Positions 30,492 through 32,000 of a DNA stretch of 32,000 nucleotides are shown in pieces (the first letter of the stretch is position 1; every line of letters begins with the position of its first letter). Both the position numbers and the translations under genes were made by a program. Origin of the DNA: Paramicrosporidium saccamoebae KSL3 (lineage: Eukaryota > Fungi > Cryptomycota); assembly GCA_002794465.1 (NCBI GenBank), contig MTSL01000063.1:1-32000 (forward strand), given 5' to 3'. The notes beneath the pieces were generated by a model. The model had not been told where the DNA came from and ran no database searches. It was given only the letters and a program-made list of their open reading frames with translations.

Positions 30492-31277
30492 TTAGTAGCG
30501 ACTAGAATTAAAGTATCTCTCGTAGTACTTCCTGGCTCTATCGGTGAGAAGTACACAGGGATATTTTAGGATGTGATATACGTTGATAGCGTCCGTTCTT
30601 GTGTTTAAAATGGAAAATGAATCGTTTAGCGAACGCGCAGCAAGTTTGAGATTTTGCTGTGGCGGTGACGAGTCGATCAGTAGAATCTTCTTGGCTGGAA
30701 TGTTGGCGATGATCTTGGATAGACTGGATGTTTTGTGAGTGTCTATAAGGATGCTATCGTCTGCTACAAAGGAAAGCTGTCCTTGGCCAAATTTTGTTGA
30801 AAGGGCAGATCTCAATCCAAAGTTTACAATCTTCCTGGGCAGCTCATATGAATACTTTCTAGGCTTTGGACCAAAGCAGCGGGCCCCTCCACGTCTCTGA
30901 TGTGCCCTGCGCGTTCCAGCACGGGCTCGCCCTGTCCCCTTTTGTTGATACATTTTGCGGGTTGTCCCTCTGACATCACTGCGATGCTTTGTAGAAGCCG
31001 TCCCGGCACGAAGCCCAGCACGATACCAATTCACAACTCGATGCATAATGTCAACCCGGACAGGAGCTTTGAAAACGGTAGGAGAGACTTTGACAATTGT
31101 CATCGGCTCATACGTCTTGAAGTTACGAAGCCAGGCCGGAACTGGTTCAAGAAATGGGTTCCTTCGCACAACCATGGCAGGATGCATTAATACTGGTTTT
31201 GGGCAGGATACGTCAGCAACTGAGCTGAAAAGCCGCAACAGTCGACTCTCGTTGATCCGCATTAAACTTTTAACCAA
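30492..31277 (-). CDS. MRPL4: Mitochondrial ribosomal protein uL4m
   Basis: Motifs VF..PVR.DIMHRVVNWY, GTASTKHRSDVRG..RK...QKGTGRARAG, RGG...FGPKPR and LRSALS. The N-terminal presequence-like start is uncertain (ATG at 31262, or 31288 via a 29-nt intron). Confidence 0.93.
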   Translation of the reverse strand: MVKSLMRINESRLLRLFSSVADVSCPKPVLMHPAMVVRRNPFLEPVPAWLRNFKTYEPMTIVKVSPTVFKAPVRVDIMHRVVNWYRAGLRAGTASTKHRSDVRGTTRKMYQQKGTGRARAGTRRAHQRRGGARCFGPKPRKYSYELPRKIVNFGLRSALSTKFGQGQLSFVADDSILIDTHKTSSLSKIIANIPAKKILLIDSSPPQQNLKLAARSLNDSFSILNTRTDAINVYHILKYPCVLLTDRARKYYERYFNSSRY

Positions 31278-31380
31278 AATCTCGCCATTTTAAATTTTAT
31301 GCTCCGCCCAACAGTTGCTGGCCATGTTGCAGTTTCGTTTTACAGTATGACAGCTCAATGCCGATAGTTAATGCCTAGAA

Positions 31381-32000
31381 ATGCAAAAGTCTTTCTCTAC
31401 AGTGCATATTGTTGGCCCGGTCGGTTTCCTTCAATATATACGCCGGATTGCTGAGGGTAGGACAGTGAAGCCTTTGAATAGAGCATTGATGCGAGCTGGC
31501 AGCAAACCGGGTCGAATGGAAGTTCTTGCACATGAACTAATCCGCCAACCAGAATTATGGCTGAAGGGTGCTGATAAACGCGACGTAGAGATGCTTGTTA
31601 GGGAATGTCTCAACGTTGTACCTGCCGGGATATATTTGCAGCTTTTAAAGACTATTCTCCATCTCAGTCACAAAAATATGAGCGATTGCGTTCGGATTAT
31701 TTTGAACGATCTAGTGATCCGCAAAGACTGGGAATTGATCAAGCCGGTTTTGATGGAATTTAGAGATGTTGGACTGGTGGTCCCCATGCGTGTTCTGAAC
31801 TTGCTACTAATGCATGTGTCAAAGCTGAAAGAGACACAGCACTTTTTGGACATTTACGAATGTTTGCGCATGGCGGGATACGAGCCAAATGCTATGACTT
31901 ATAGCATCGTTGTAATATGGAATAGCATGCGCTCTTCTGTCCCATTGCCGAATTCGTCGTTTGCAGAAGGAAAAATGGAAGACCGAATAAATTCGTTGAT
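31381..32000 (+). CDS. Pentatricopeptide-repeat (PPR) protein, 3' truncated by the window end
   Basis: The frame is open from the ATG at 31381 to the end of the window (no stop, so absent from the track). PPR-like segments WELIKPVLMEFRDVGLVVPMRVLNLLL and FLDIYECLRMAGYEPNAMTYSIVV. Confidence 0.7.
   Translation, partial: MQKSFSTVHIVGPVGFLQYIRRIAEGRTVKPLNRALMRAGSKPGRMEVLAHELIRQPELWLKGADKRDVEMLVRECLNVVPAGIYLQLLKTILHLSHKNMSDCVRIILNDLVIRKDWELIKPVLMEFRDVGLVVPMRVLNLLLMHVSKLKETQHFLDIYECLRMAGYEPNAMTYSIVVIWNSMRSSVPLPNSSFAEGKMEDRINSL

Overview
Gene-dense eukaryotic (opisthokont, most likely early-diverging fungal) genomic DNA with about 24 mostly housekeeping genes. Intergenic spacers are very short (divergent ATG pairs about 60-130 bp apart) and the GT-AG introns are tiny (28-42 nt), which fragments the supplied ORF track. 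Compactness, miniature introns and a retained complex I subunit (NDUFS5) fit a Rozellomycota/Paramicrosporidium-like organism; this is inference, not a database match. The main result is a gene absent from the ORF track: a four-exon selenoprotein H (SELENOH/SelH) on the minus strand (17935->17461). It has an in-frame TGA in a C-K-S-U redox motif and a canonical eukaryotic SECIS hairpin 25 nt after the stop (17435->17381). TGA is an ordinary stop in neighbouring genes, so this points to SECIS-dependent selenocysteine recoding in a fungal-type lineage. Other observations: a TCATCCATCC motif in the 5'-UTR introns of all three cytosolic ribosomal-protein genes; tandem repeats that overlap stop codons; a repeat-rich gene-free island sharing a 40-bp module with another spacer; an apparently NBD-less ABC-2 membrane protein; a TPR/metallo-beta-lactamase fusion; and GON4L-like and TBRG1-like proteins. 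All gene models were spliced and translated by hand and all family calls come from motif recognition, not searches.
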